A stretch of DNA of 64,000 nt from Chrysomallon squamiferum. Lineage: Eukaryota; Animalia; Mollusca. This document shows, in pieces, positions 37,194 to 52,145 of this stretch (positions within the stretch are counted from its first letter, which is position 1; the number at the start of each line of letters is the position of its first letter). The notes beneath the pieces are model-generated. The model worked only from the letters and a program-made list of their open reading frames with translations. It had not been told where the DNA came from and ran no database searches. Where the stretch lies: contig CM022670.1 of NCBI GenBank assembly GCA_012295275.1, forward strand, positions 8,122,001-8,186,000, in the 5' to 3' direction. The translations under genes and the position numbers were made by a program.

Positions 37194-39242
37194 TACCAGT
37201 TAAAAAGTATTTCACAGGTCAGATTTACATGAAAAATTATTACCCAACAATGAAATGTTTATTTTATATTTTTTTAAAATATTAGGTTTATGAAATAAGG
37301 TTGATCACTTATGGTAGAGAACATACATATATAAATTCTGAGTCCAGAGATAACAAAGTTGTGAAGGTAGACAGACAGCTTATTCATTGAATTCTGTGCA
37401 TTGCATTGAACAAGTAACAGAAAATATTTTTCCTGAGTTTGAAAAATGATCAGCTATTGTCGTTCATCAGTATAAGAAATAAAATTTTGAATCTATAGAA
37501 TACAAGCCAGATGGTATACTTTGAATGATACCAGCCCACTAATGTAATTAGAACAACAACAATAATATAAAATAACTAGAAATATATGTAGAATATATAT
37601 AAATAAATAAAATAACAAATAAAAACACAGTCATAAAATCAACTTTTTTTTAAAAATTATTTCGATCAGTTGAAAGGTTCTGTATGAAAGTGAGAACATC
37701 AGCTATTAATTCAAAGTGGAAATGATGAGATTGAAAGATTTTTCCATCACTAATAAAAAGACAAAACTTGATATTTTGATAGACAGAAAATTTGAATCTT
37801 GTATTTCCTTGTCACTTTTTTTTTTTTTCATTAATAATACTTTATTTATTATTTTTTTCTTCTTTTTTTATCCTTTTATTTATTTATTTATTTATTTTTT
37901 TATTTGCATATTACTTCAGAAAATGTTTTCTCTTGCTGATAACCAACATCCCAGTTTCTATATCAAACATAAATGAAGTTGATATTTTATAATGGAAAAA
38001 CTTAATATTTCTGCATCCAATGTTATTAAGAAAAGCAAATATGAATTTGTTAGTATTCATTGACTTTTGAACCCATATCAATTAACATTTACAATTTACT
38101 GAATAATTAATGTAATTAATACCTTTATAATTTTTTGTTTTTATTAACTGGTTTGCAATCTGCCAAGATAATTAATACATTTACTGTTTATCAAGGTAAT
38201 AATATGTTTATTGTTTACCAAGATAATAAATATGTTTACAATTTAACAGGATAATTAGGATTACTCAATTTACCAAGATATTTGCATTTTACAAAGTTAT
38301 TTAACATATTTACTCATTTACTCATTTAATGAATATGTTTAAACCTTACCATATTAACACAATTACAACTTACCATATTAAAAAACATGTTTACAAAGTT
38401 AATTAACAAAAACTCACAATGCCAAGGTTTTTGACCTTTAAGCATAAACAAAATAATAAAATCAGGTAATAAAATACACCTTTCAGGTAAAGTTAATTAA
38501 CAAAAAAGTGTTAATGTATTATGGTCAAGGATATTTCACTCTGATCAATATTTTCTTTCACATCTTTATTTTTGTCATGTAATCACTGTATTCATAGAAT
38601 AAAAATTAATTAGTGCTTGAATAAAAACCACACACACATGCACAAATCTTGATATATATACATACAAAATTTTAATGCTTTATTTGCTAAAAAAAATCGT
38701 CATAATTCTGATGCATACAGAATTTGAATATTCTAACATTAAAAATAATTCATCATTCTTATAAATTACTTACAAAATACCTACAAAATTTGGAAGTGTG
38801 TATGTGTGTGTGCGTGTGCATGAGTTTGTGTGTGTATGTTTGCATGTGTGTGTGTGTGTGTATATGTAAACAAAAGTGTGTGTACACAAAATACAGGAAT
38901 TAGCCTTAGATATTAATAATAGTAAATTATTATTTTTCCTAATTATCTTATTCTAAAGTTGAAATTTATAAAAAAAATAATAAATTCCTAAGAAATTCAT
39001 TTATAATAATAATAATAATAATAAATAAAAAAATACAAAAAACAACAAATTTAAAACATCAGTCAACTCTGTATAAAAGCTACAAGTAATAATAAAAATA
39101 ATAATTTATGTATTGTCTCGTTAATCATGTTAACCTATGTAAACATCGATGTTTTTGATGGATATTAAAAAGAAATTTATCTTGTAAACCCACCCAAAAA
39201 AATCACCAATAACATGAAATTAAATAGATTAATAAATAAAAA

Positions 39243-39285
<43 letters not shown>

Positions 39286-39353
39286 ATAAATAAAATAGTT
39301 AATTAAATTACATATAAAATTTAAATAAATAAATTAATTAAAAATATATATAC

Positions 39354-39395
<42 letters not shown>

Positions 39396-39899
39396 CATGT
39401 TAATTAACTCTTTTTTTGAGGATAATGAAAAATCTAACACTTAAAACAAAACTGCCATTGTTAATAATAAAATAATTTTTTCTCTGAATGCATTTATTTA
39501 AACCATGACGTTTTTCAAAGAAAACAAAAACTGGACAAACAAAAACAGTGAATATTATTATCACAGAAGACAACAGCCTATAAGACAATATTTTTTACTT
39601 ACTCCTTCCATTACTGTTAATGATAATAATATCACTTATATTAATTCTCTAATGAAATTACTCAGTGTAAACAATTAGTTTTACCTAGAGCTAAATAGTG
39701 AAGAGAATAGACTAGAGAAAATTCTATTAACAAGCTTAGGATTAAACTTTATCTAAAGGTCGAACGGCAAGGTTTTTCTACAGTACAATATTGATTGGTC
39801 TCAATGGAATACCTAGACTGGAGTTTTAATTTATCTATTAGTACAAGGTGCAAATGGAATCAGAATAAAAGGTGTATTGAAATCTGCAATGGAAGATAT

Positions 39900-40600
39900 T
39901 TTCATTCTTATTTTGTAAGTAATATGTAGACTTGTATCACATTCTGTGTGAGAAATGTGCAAAATTTGTAGATATCCAATTTTTTTTTTGTAAGTTATAT
40001 GTAAAACACATTTCAAATAGTGTATAAAATGTTGTAGATTTTAAATTTTTGAAGTTAAGTGTAAATTTTGTAGATTATTAAGTCTTTTGTAAGTAATGTT
40101 TCAAATTTAGTAGATATTTTATAAGTAAGACATCCACATTTAGAGATATTTTGTAATGAATGAATTAGAATTTAAGGTATAAATATTTAGACATTTCTGT
40201 AAAATATTAAATTTTTTGTAGGTAATACACAAAAAAAATGTATATTTCTAGCAAATAAATTATGAATATTTTGTAGATATATTTTAAGTTGATGCATGAA
40301 GTTTTTTCAGATGATTACAAATTTTGTAGATACTTTGTAAAATATCAAACTGTATTACTTATTTTGCAAAAAAATACATCACAAGTTATTAAATATTTTG
40401 TAAATAATATATACAAATTAGTTGATATTTTAGTAAAATTATATATAAAAATTAGTAGATTTTCTTCGTGTTGTATAAAATATGAACATACATTTTGTAA
40501 ATAATACAGACATTACAAAGAACAAATATTTTGTTTGTAATTCAAGAAGTTCTTAAAACTTATAGACATTTGGATTGTAATGTAAATATTATCAAAATTT
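39900..40600. repeat. Highly degenerate AT-rich tandem repeat (aaattttgtagatattttgtaa-like core)
   Basis: Recurrent ttgtagat/ttgtaa cores about every 30-40 bp. Confidence 0.5.
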
Positions 40601-41035
40601 AGTAAATACTTTATTATAAATAAATAAATAGTGTGGATTATAAATGGAAGATTTAAAAATTATTATTGTAAATTTTTAATGTGATGAGACAATATTTATG
40701 CACACAACATTGAACCAGCAAGGTTTTGCTACATACATTTAATTTGGCTTTAAAATTTCACCATCTTTACAAAACACTGTTTTTTGTAGAAATAGTCTGT
40801 TATTTTTATGTATATGTGAATAATATTTTCTTTAATAATACTTTTGATCACTTATTTTGATCACATTTGAATTTTATGTTGTATGTTTTTGGGGTTTTTT
40901 TTTAGTTTTAATATAATAATATAAAAATTAATTTTCTTTCTTCATAAAAACAACAAAATGATGAGAGCAAATATTTATTACAAATCAGTTAATCTTTGTC
41001 TTGATTTTGTTTTCATATGTTGTTGTTTTACAATT

Positions 41036-41185
41036 TTATCATCATCATCATCATCATCATCATCTATTACCACTATTATTTCTCTTTTTATCATCATCAT
41101 CATCATCATCATCATCATTATTAGTATTATTATCATTATCATTATCATATTATTATTATTATTATCATTATGATTATTATTATTG

Positions 41186-41232
<47 letters not shown>
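41036..41232. repeat. (ATC)n/(ATT)n trinucleotide tract
   Basis: Directly visible. Confidence 0.9.
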
Positions 41233-41235
<3 letters not shown>

Positions 41236-41783
41236 AAAATAAGCAGACAAACAAGACAAGAATTAAAATTTAAAATTAGATTTTAATAATAAATTTCTTT
41301 GTTAAATTCGAACTGTTGCTATGGTTATGTGTGTTAGTTGGTTTGAGTGTTTGCTATGAGACAAGAACTAAAAACTGGGTGTAAAGGTTTGTGAATTTCT
41401 GAAAGGCTTTCCATGCTGTCTGTGTGTTTTAGATAAGGCAGTTCCAGTTTTTAGAACACAGTGTTTGTATAAGGATTTTCTGACTCTTTAACTCTGCTTA
41501 ATTTATTAAATTATTTTTTTATATATATTTTATTTCATTTTATTTCATTTTATTTTATTTTATTATATTTTATTTTATTTTATTTTATTTTATTTTATTA
41601 AATTTTATTTTATTTTATTAATATTTTATTTCATTTTATTTTATTACTATTTTATTTTATTTTATTTCATTTCATTTTATTACTATTTTATTTTATTTTA
41701 TTTTATTTCATTTTATTAATAATTCATTTTTGACAGTTGAAACAAATGGATAAAAGTAATTCCCTCTTACACTTTCTTACACA

Positions 41784-41786
<3 letters not shown>

Positions 41787-41877
<91 letters not shown>

Positions 41878-42217
41878 CTATCTCATCTCTCTTTTTCTCT
41901 GTCTCTGTTACTCTCTCTATCTCTCCAGATGTAATTGCTACTGACAGCTCATGAGAACAAAATGGATTTCAAGGACATATCCTGACATCGTGGAGAAATC
42001 AATTTAGTGATTAAATATCAAGTTTTAACCTTTAAGTCAATCTCTGTCTGTTTCTTTCTCTCTTACCAATGTTTCACTTTACTTCTATCTTTTTGTTAGA
42101 GAAATTTCACCTTCTCTTTTCTAATTATGTTTTCATTGAAACTTTTCATTTCTCTTTCTTTCTGTGTCTCTCTCTCTGTATGTCTCTCACTGTTATTCAC
42201 TGTATCTCTGTCTATCA

Positions 42218-42283
<66 letters not shown>
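41787..42283. repeat. Two (CT)n microsatellites (41787..41869 and 42222..42283)
   Basis: Directly visible. Confidence 0.9.
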
Positions 42284-42286
<3 letters not shown>

Positions 42287-44377
42287 CATTTCTCTCTCTT
42301 TGTAAATTTATCTTTCCTTTCATTATTATTATTGTTGTTGTTATCATCATAATATATATTCACATGGACATTGTATTATTAAACTGATCTAATTCAACCT
42401 GGTAGAATAACAGCAATAATAATTTAATAATTATAATTAGAAATTAATTATTAACAAACTGCTAAATTTCTCACAGAGTTTGATTAACCATGTTGTAAAT
42501 CAATTTTGTTCTTGACAAGGTTAAATATTTTAAGCTGAGTACTTAAGTACTTAAATATATTCTAAGAGAGGAAAAATTTGAAGTATTTTTTAGAAGAATG
42601 ATAAATATAAAAATTTTATTATTATATTTATTTATTTATTTTTGATCATGTTTTAATTAATTAACTTTTTGTTTATTTTATTTTATTTTTTATTTTATTT
42701 TATGTCTTATCTTACTTTCTTTTCCTTTTTTATATTGTTATTTTTGTTTTATTTTCATAATTTAAAAAAAAAATTATAATCATTTATTTACTTCTTTTCA
42801 ACATTTCATTTCATTTTTATTTGTTGTTTTATTTCATTATTATTTTTATATTTTTATTTAAATTATCTTTGTTTTATTTTATTTCATTATTATCTTTAAA
42901 TATTTTAAATTAATTTTATTTAATTCTATGTCATTATTTTTACATTTTTATTTGCATTAACTTTGTTTCATTTATTTCATTCATTTATAAATTCTACTGT
43001 ATTTCATTTGAATAGTTACGAAATTCTATTTTATTTCTGTTTCATTATCTTACAAAATTTGATTCTATTTTATTCTGTTTCATTATCTTACAAATTTGAT
43101 TCTGTTTTATTTCATTACCTTTCAATTTTTATTCTATTTTTAAATTTTATTTTTACTTTATGTTCTTTTTTCTATTCACTAAAAAAAAACAAAAATCCAT
43201 TACACCATCAAAAAATGCCACATGAACGTAACATTATCCCCAGCACATTAACCAACTTTAGTATTCTACATCCAACCATCAGTAAGTGATTTAATACACA
43301 AAACTAAAAAAAAAAAAACACACACACACACACAGATTTTAACTTTAAATATCTCAGTGTAATTCAAAACTTCCTTTTGATCACATTCACACATCCAGTT
43401 GATCGCACTTCCAGCTTTGTTCGTAACCCCTGATCTTTACAAATACGTCGCATTTAAAACACTGTCGCAGGAAAATCGTCTTAATTAGTGACATGTAAAT
43501 ACAATCCGCTAATCAATGGCGCCATAGCGATAGTTTTCACGTGAGTTGACAAATTACTCGCAGAGTATTGTAGAATGTTTCTACTTTATCACGTTTTTGT
43601 TCTGGCTTCATCGACTTTGTGCAAGTCAGATAAAGCAGGAAGCAAAAAAAGGTGATGAAACAATAGACTTATATAACATGCACTTGCGAGGTTTTGTGAT
43701 ATACTGATATACACTGAGGAGATATCTGATACACTGATATATTTTATATGCAACAGGGGCTACATATAATTTACTGAAATATTTGATGTACACTGGAGAG
43801 ATATATGATATATTAATGCTTTTGATACATCTAGAGGAATATATAAGATATATTGACTGGAATGTAACATACTTTACAGAATGCACAAATGCATGAAATA
43901 TACATCAAAACGCATATTATTCTTTTTCCAATATATATTTTTTTAATATATGAACACACTCACACTAAATCTATACCTTTATCTATCTACCCTTCTGTAT
44001 GCCTCTATAGCTATCTATCTATATATATATATATATATGAATGATATAAGAAATAGCAAGGGATGCATTATTAGATGTACTAGATAAATGTTGTGGGATA
44101 TTCAGTATATACAGATTATGAAATATACAATATATACAATGTGAAACACTATAAAGATATAGTGTCAAATATATAAAATATATTCTGTAAGATATACAAG
44201 CTATACACTGTAAGATATACGAGATATATGCCGTATAAAAAACTATGAAATACAAGCTATGAGAAATCTGACACACACTCATACTCACACATACACACTC
44301 ACAGACTCCTACACATACACACTCACACACATATACACACACAGATGCACAAACACACACACACACACACATACTCA

Positions 44378-44414
<37 letters not shown>

Positions 44415-46015
44415 ACACACAGATACACATGCACACACACACAGCGATACACTTACATACAAACAAATCAGAAACATACCTGTGGATGATAATTAGTTTA
44501 TATTGTATTGTTCTCTCTGACACAGCTTCCAGCTAATCGAGGTAAATGTCATTTTAGCAGGAAGGACATTTTTTTTTTAAAACTGGTCTGTATTGACTAA
44601 GTTAGAGCTGATCTGGACAGGCTTATAGAGTTGTACAATGTGTGTTTTGTTTTCATTAATTGTATTTACTCAAACATGGTTACATTGTGTCAAAGGACAG
44701 CAGTGAAAAAAACAGAGGTATGTGTTTGCTTTTGTTGGTTTTTTTTATTTTATTTATTTATTAATCAATCCACAAAACACACTTTGACTGCAGAGTGGAA
44801 GAAATAATGTTCATTTTCACTTGAATCAGTTTTTTTCATGATTCTGTGTTTACGTGGATTTATTGTGATTTTGTGTAGTGGAAACTGATAATTGTTTTCA
44901 GGTAAATACTGTGTAAGGTAATTAGGACGTATGATGTTGGGAGGTTAATGAGTAATTGTTTAAATTTGAATTAGATTTTTTTGATATCTTAAGAAATTTT
45001 ATTTATTTGACATTTTTGTTGTTTATATTTTGTGGTGTATTTGTTTGTTTATTAATTGTTTTATAATCATACAAACGAATGCATACACATTACATACTCA
45101 GATACAAAAGTCACATACAAGCTTGTAAACATACACAAATACATACATTAATAAACCTACACACACACACATGCACCCATAAATGTACACATAGACAGAC
45201 TTACAGATACGTACATTATATATGTACACATGTACATACCCATAGACAGACATATACATACATACACTTATACATATAAATACATACACACATAGAAACA
45301 CACAAATACTATTTCACATATGCACATACACACAAACATACAAAAAGACAAATCCAAGTTAACAACACCAACAGATGAACACGCAAGTCTAATATTACAC
45401 ACGAGTGGATGGAAAAACAAACTGACAGAAAAACTGAGAGACAACAAAAAAAACAACAACAACATGTAAATCTATTTTCTCCATTACAGAAAATGTTTAT
45501 TCAGAAAAAAAAATATTGACTGGAAAGACATTACATTCATTCTGTTGTAATCTGAAATTCAGATATTTGTCTAGAGTTAATGTAAATTTACTGTCTTGTT
45601 TTGAATTGTGGCAGACCTCTCATAGAGATATAATTCCCTGAACAGTTTACAAATCATCAGTGTATTAGTCTGAGAAATGAGTCAGCTGATGTATGTATAG
45701 ATGTGTGTGTGTTGTGTGTGTTGTGTTTGTGTTTTGTGTTGTGTGTGTGTTGTGTTTTGTGTTTTATGTGTTGTGTTTGTGTGTTGCATATGTGTATGTG
45801 ATGTGTTTGTATATATGTGGTGTGTGTGTTTGTGTATAAATACTAGCATATTGTGTATTTGTGCAAATCTCTCCATGTCATACTTATGTGTGGGTGTTTG
45901 AGAGTGTATTTATAAGAATAGCTATGTGTATGAATAGGTTTATGTTTGTGTGTGTGTGTGTGTGTCTATATATATATGTGTTTATGTGTGTATGTGTTTA
46001 TGTATGTAGGCATGC

Positions 46016-46056
<41 letters not shown>

Positions 46057-46412
46057 AATACACTCATTCATACAAACACATACATATACATACATACATA
46101 CACTCTCAAACACATGTACATATATACAAAAATACATGCAGACATGCAGACACACACATACACAACAACAACATATGCAAACAAATACACCCATTAACAT
46201 CAACCTTAATCTAGGAACACATATAAATACAATAAAAGAAGGGGATGGATGGATGAACTAATGGACAGACATATAAATAATTAACTGCCTGTACAGCAAT
46301 CAAAAGTTACATTGTATTTATACACAGAACTGTAATTGTGATTAAAGTAGACAGATTGAGAATGTGGTGTTAAGTGGTTGGGTTGAAAACAACTTGTTTC
46401 AACATTTTCCTG

Positions 46413-46758
46413 TCTGAAATCAGGTGTTTTGTAAACTGTATAAGTGTGTAAGTTATTTCAAAGTGTTGCTCTCTGAAATCTGGTGTTTTGTAAACTAGAT
46501 AACTATACAAGTTATTCAAAGTGTAACTATTGGAAATCTGGTGTTTTGTAAACTGTCTAACTAGACCAGTTATTTCAAAGTGTTGCTATCTGAAATCTGG
46601 TGTTTTGTAAACTGAATAACTATACAAGTTATTTCAAAGTGTTGCTATCTGAAATCTGGTGTTTTGTGTAAACTGTATAACTATACAAGTTATTTCTAAG
46701 TGTTGCTATCCGAAATCTGGTGTTATAAGCTGTATAAGTGTGTAAGTTATTTCAAAGT
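46413..46758. repeat. Minisatellite, about 6 copies of a ~59-bp unit (tctgaaatctggtgttttgtaaactgtataactatacaagttatttcaaagtgttgcta)
   Basis: Units align by eye. Confidence 0.9.
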
Positions 46759-47854
46759 TTTACTATCACTGTCACCATCATCATCATTATTATCATTGTT
46801 TTTATCATTGCTACAACTGTTATTATTATTGTTACTGTTATTGTTATTGCTATTCTTCTTCCTATTATTATTATTGCTTTTACTTCCTGTATTACTAATA
46901 TTTTGTCTACATTACCAGAATCCCCAGCACCACCATAACAATACCAACCATTGCTAACACCTCTACAACCACTACAACAGTGTTGCTTTATTATTTCTGT
47001 TACTACCACTGTAATTACTACATCTACCACTGCTGTTGCTACAGCAGCTGTGCCTGCTGTTATCAGTAATACTATTTTTTTTTTTTTTTTTTTTTTTTTT
47101 GCTATTATTGCTAATGGTGTTGTTGTTGTTATTATTATTATTATTATTATTAATGCTATTAGTACTATTATTATTATTATTATCATTCTTATTCTTATTA
47201 TTCTTATTATTCTTATTATTCTTCTTATTATTATTATTAATGCTATTAGGACTATTATTTTTGCTATTGTTGTTTCTGTTTTCTACAGGTGTTTTGAACC
47301 AAGCCATTGACAAAGCAAATGATGATGATTAAAGCTAATACTGGAAACATGAAAGACAAAACAAAATGAGATGAAAAACGACTGACTGTAATTAAATAAT
47401 GTGAAGGTATTATTCAGACAATTATTTTATAATTAATCCAGGTAAGTATAGACATTACATTACACCCACTCCAACTCTTTAAGAGTTTTCTATTATGTTT
47501 TGCATTCTTTTTGCTCAGTCTCTTATCAACACAGGTAGATATGGATGTGCATCTCACTACCACACACAAACACACATCCCACTGTTTATCGCAAACAACC
47601 ATCTCACTGTTAAATATTAGTGTGTATTTCACTATTCTTCACTGTTAAAAATAGACGTTTATATCATTATTAAACATAGATATTTATCTTACTTTTAAAC
47701 ATAACATAGATACTTATCACACTATTAAACACACATGTTGTCTCACTTTTAGACACAGGTGTTTGATTATCAGATATTCAACTCACAACTGTATATATAC
47801 TTTCATCTCACTATTAAATGTAGATACAGATACATCTCTATTAACTGAAGACTT

Positions 47855-48012
47855 TCATCTCACTATTACGTATGTAATCTCACTATCATGGATGTACATC
47901 TCACTATCATGGATGCACATCTCACTATCACAGATGCACATCTCACTACCACAGATGCACATCTCACTATCACAGATGTACATCTCACTATCACGGATGC
48001 ACATCTCACTAT
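47855..48012. repeat. 21-bp minisatellite (catctcactatcacagatgca), about 7 copies
   Basis: Near-identical units; more decayed copies extend left to about 47540. Confidence 0.9.
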
Positions 48013-48261
48013 GAAACACTGATGGAACACTCAAGATAAAAAGAGAAGTGACAGCTGTAATTATATAGTAAAGAAAATCAGAATTCTTCTTTCAACTACT
48101 CAGAGATAATTTCAGCTTTTACAGCAAAACACAGAGGATTTTATTGATCTTTTTGCTTTTGCCAAGTTTTTCACTTATTAACTGACTTTCTTTTTTTTTT
48201 TATTTAAAGAAAAAGGATTTCTGCTTTTATGGTTTTGTGTTTGTAAGTATAATTCAGTCAA

Positions 48262-48897
48262 GCAGAAGGAATGAAGATATATTTACTTAATGACTCATTC
48301 AGCGTAGTAACATTGACATTTGGCTAAAGACTGTGAAGTCAGGAAAGGAAAAACGTATGGCCTATTTAAAAGACACTTTCAGCATATTAATGTTAATCTT
48401 TTTTTTTTATTTAGCAGTAAGAGATCTATTATGCACACCTTCCCAGATACTGGGCAGTGCATACCATTGTGTTTGATATAAACCAGTTATTTGGAACAAG
48501 ACTAACCATGATGAAAATATACACTGCCATGTTTTAACAATGAGTAACTGAATAATTTTTAAAAAAAAATTATTTTATTTTAAAAAAAAAATTTTGGATC
48601 ATCTCAAAGTTAATATAATGTACTATAATTTAACAAATATATGTTTTTAATGTACCTATAATACTAGAAAGGAAACCCACTCCCTTCTTTATAAACTCTG
48701 CTTTTTTTTTTTGATTTATAAAGAAATAATATTTTTTATATAACCTTCTCACCCACAGAAAAGCACAACATTTAAAAAACAATCACGGATGTTCTCTGGA
48801 ATAAGAAATAACATAATGGATGCACTGTCATGTACTGAACCAACAGCATTCATCATTTCACACAAGTGTTCTAACTACTGAGCCACATTCTTCGCCT
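48262..48897 (-). mobile_element. Two degenerate SINE-like remnants
   Basis: The reverse complement of the right end gives gtggctcagtagttagaac (A-box-like); internal blocks resemble a gastropod SINE body recalled from memory, not verified by search. Confidence 0.35.
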
Positions 48898-49994
48898 GCA
48901 TGTTTTTTTTTTTTTTTTTTTTTTGTTTTTTTTTTTCACAAATCAAAAATGACACACCTGTAACGAGGTGCTAACGACCTTTTCTTTCATACCTGCACAT
49001 GTTTTCGTGCGTTCATTTCAGCGCATTTTTTTGTCTTCCAACACATTTTACGTAACTGTTAATTTTGTTTTACCTGTTACAGTGATGCGGGGATATTAAA
49101 TTTACACCTGTCTACGTATTACCTGTCTGTGACGTTTACAGCTGATTCTAATCAATGTGTTGTTAATCCCAGGTAGTTATGGATTTAATATGAGTTTAAC
49201 CACCTGAAGATCTTTATGGGCAGGCTGATCATTTATGGGAGGAGTATATTTTAACAGAGCAGCTGAGAGTGAGTGAAACTGCTGTTGCAGTGGTTGTAGT
49301 ATGGTTTAGTAGCATGTTTTATTGATTTTTTTGTTCAAGCACGTTTGAGGTGGGCAAGATCTGCTGAGTCATTGGCAGCATGATAAATCTATCAGATCTA
49401 CACAAACATATTGAAATGATGATTGATAGATAACAGTGTGATATTTTTCTTGGATTAATATAAAAAAAAATATATATATATCATATATTTAATTATTAAA
49501 CTGTTTCTGTCACAAACATTTATTAATTTGGATAAACACACAAATTTCATGACTCATTCTGTATAGAATATTTCTCTGGCCATTAAAGGTACCTTTAATA
49601 TATATATATATATATATACATATATATTTTCATACACATCTATTGTTATTATATGTAGTATGTATGTGTATGTATATGTGTATGTTAAAAAAAATTCTTC
49701 ATCTATCTGTTTCAAAACAAATTAATAACTACACCTGTATGTACCTCATTGTTTATGTTTCTTATTAAAGTTAAGCATCCATTTATACTCTGTAACCTAG
49801 GTAACCAAATACAAATATTCCTTTGTACTGGAATTAATCTACAATGATTCCACTGATGTGCTGTTGTATTTCCTGGTTTAAGAGATAAGATAATAAACCA
49901 GGATGTGTCATTGTACTGCAGTATACAGGTTTGTGACAGACATCAATAATATACTGACAAACACGTACGTAACAATCCATAATATATATATATT

Positions 49995-50036
49995 CACACA
50001 CACACTCATACATACACACATACAAACATACATACA

Positions 50037-50070
<34 letters not shown>

Positions 50071-50260
50071 CATACATACATACACATACATACATACATA
50101 CATATACACATACATTCATACATACATACATATATACATACACACAGACATACAAACATACATACACACACACACACACACATATACAAATATATATATA
50201 TCACACACATACACACATATACATGTACGTACATACATTCAGAGATACACATACACAAAC
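49995..50260. repeat. (TACA)n/(CA)n low-complexity tract
   Basis: Directly visible. Confidence 0.85.
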
Positions 50261-50518
50261 ATCACACAATTATAAGTAATCTGAACATCCATCAGATGTG
50301 TTAAGGATATAATATTGTTTTGATAGGTTTCAGATGAGCTGTGCTTATTACACATATAAACTTGTCTGCTTCTCTACGTAAATGTGATTCGCTTGGTGAA
50401 TTCACTTTCCAGTCTAATAAGAAAAATTACAAAATGCTGTTGATCTCTCGTTTGTTAGCACTGATGCTTGTCAAGCAGAAATACAGCACATTACACTGAT
50501 AATAACATAAAATAATGT

Positions 50519-50579
<61 letters not shown>

Positions 50580-51449
50580 ATGTGTGTGTGTATACATGCA
50601 TATATTAAAAAAATAGGAATGAGAGAGACAGAGAGATTGAATATCTGTTATTTGGCACTTTCTTGAAGAACAAAGGATCAAAAAAACCAGAACCCTCAAT
50701 AACATGTTACTGAAACATTCATGGATAAAATATTCTTTAAAAAAGCAAACAACAAAGAAAAAACATTAAAGTAAATGACAGACTGTAATACAAAGAGAAA
50801 GACATGAAAGTAACGACCATGTGGTGTGGCCAGATGTTAAAAAACAAAACACACATCAGTCTCTGAACTGCTGCAACAAGTCACTCTGCTGTAACAGAGC
50901 TAATTGAGTATTCATAGCTGTATAAACTGATTGAGTAATACAACTTTTCATACTCTTCTCTTTGTATTGATTTTTCTTTTCAGTTCGCGCTGTACAACAA
51001 CAAAACACAAACTTCATGTTTTTGGACAAGAGTTGGATGCAGAATTCCTAGAGGTAATGAAATGTTAAAAGTGTGCATGAGACTTTTTTTTTTTACTTTT
51101 TTTATTTTTTATTTTTTTTTTTTTTTTACACACAGACATTTGTAGATTCTTGTTCATTTATGGTAATGGAGGTTTTAGGTTTTGAAACATTTTTTTTTTT
51201 TTTTTTTCCTTAAAGTTGTTATTTAACAGTGTGTTTTAATTATGGTAAGTTTGTTTTTCAGTTTTAGTAAATTGAGTCTTAGATATGGCTGTTTAAATTG
51301 AGTCTTAAATTTTTTTTTGTTGTTAATAATAGCTGGAAATTCAGCTGGATTTTGGGTTCTGATAAGAGGAAGTTTAGTTGTGGTGGGTCTGTTTTTGATT
51401 TTTACTGCTAGATGGGTTTTGGGTTGCAGTAACTTTGGTATCATCATAG

Positions 51450-52145
51450 TATATGGGTTTTGGATGTATTATGTGGGTTTTGGCTGTATTATATGGGTTT
51501 TGATGTATTATGTAGGTTTTGGCTGTATTATATGGGTTTGGCTGTATTATGTGGGTTTTGACTGTATTATATGAGTTTTGTCTGTATTATATGGGTTTTG
51601 GCTGTATTATATGGGTTTGGCTGTATGATGTGGGTTTTTGCTATATAATGTGGGTTTTGGCTGTATTATATGGGTTTTGACTGTATTATATGGGTTTTGG
51701 CTGTATTATATGGGTTTGGCTGTATGATGTGGGTTTGTGCTATATAATGTGGGTTTTGACTGTATTATATGGGTTTTGACTGTATTATATGGGTTTTGGC
51801 TGTATTATATGGGTTTTGGCTGTATTATATGGGTTTGGCTGTATTATATGGGTTTTTGCTATATAATGTGGGTTTTGACTGTATTATATGGGTTTTGGCT
51901 GTATTATATGGGTTTTGACTGTATTATATGGGTTTTGGCTGTATTATATGGGTTTTGCTGTATGATGTGGGTTTTTGCTATATAATGTGGGTTTTGGCTG
52001 TATTATATGGGTTTTGCCTGGGTTTTGATGCATTATATGGGTTTTGTGTATTATATGGGTTTGGCTGTATTAAGTGGGTTTTGGCTTTATTATGTTGGTT
52101 TTGGCTGTATTACATGAGTTTTGGGTGTATTACATGGGTTTTGGA
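51450..52145. repeat. 20-bp minisatellite (ggctgtattatatgggtttt), more than 30 copies
   Basis: Directly visible; variant monomers recur periodically. Confidence 0.95.
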
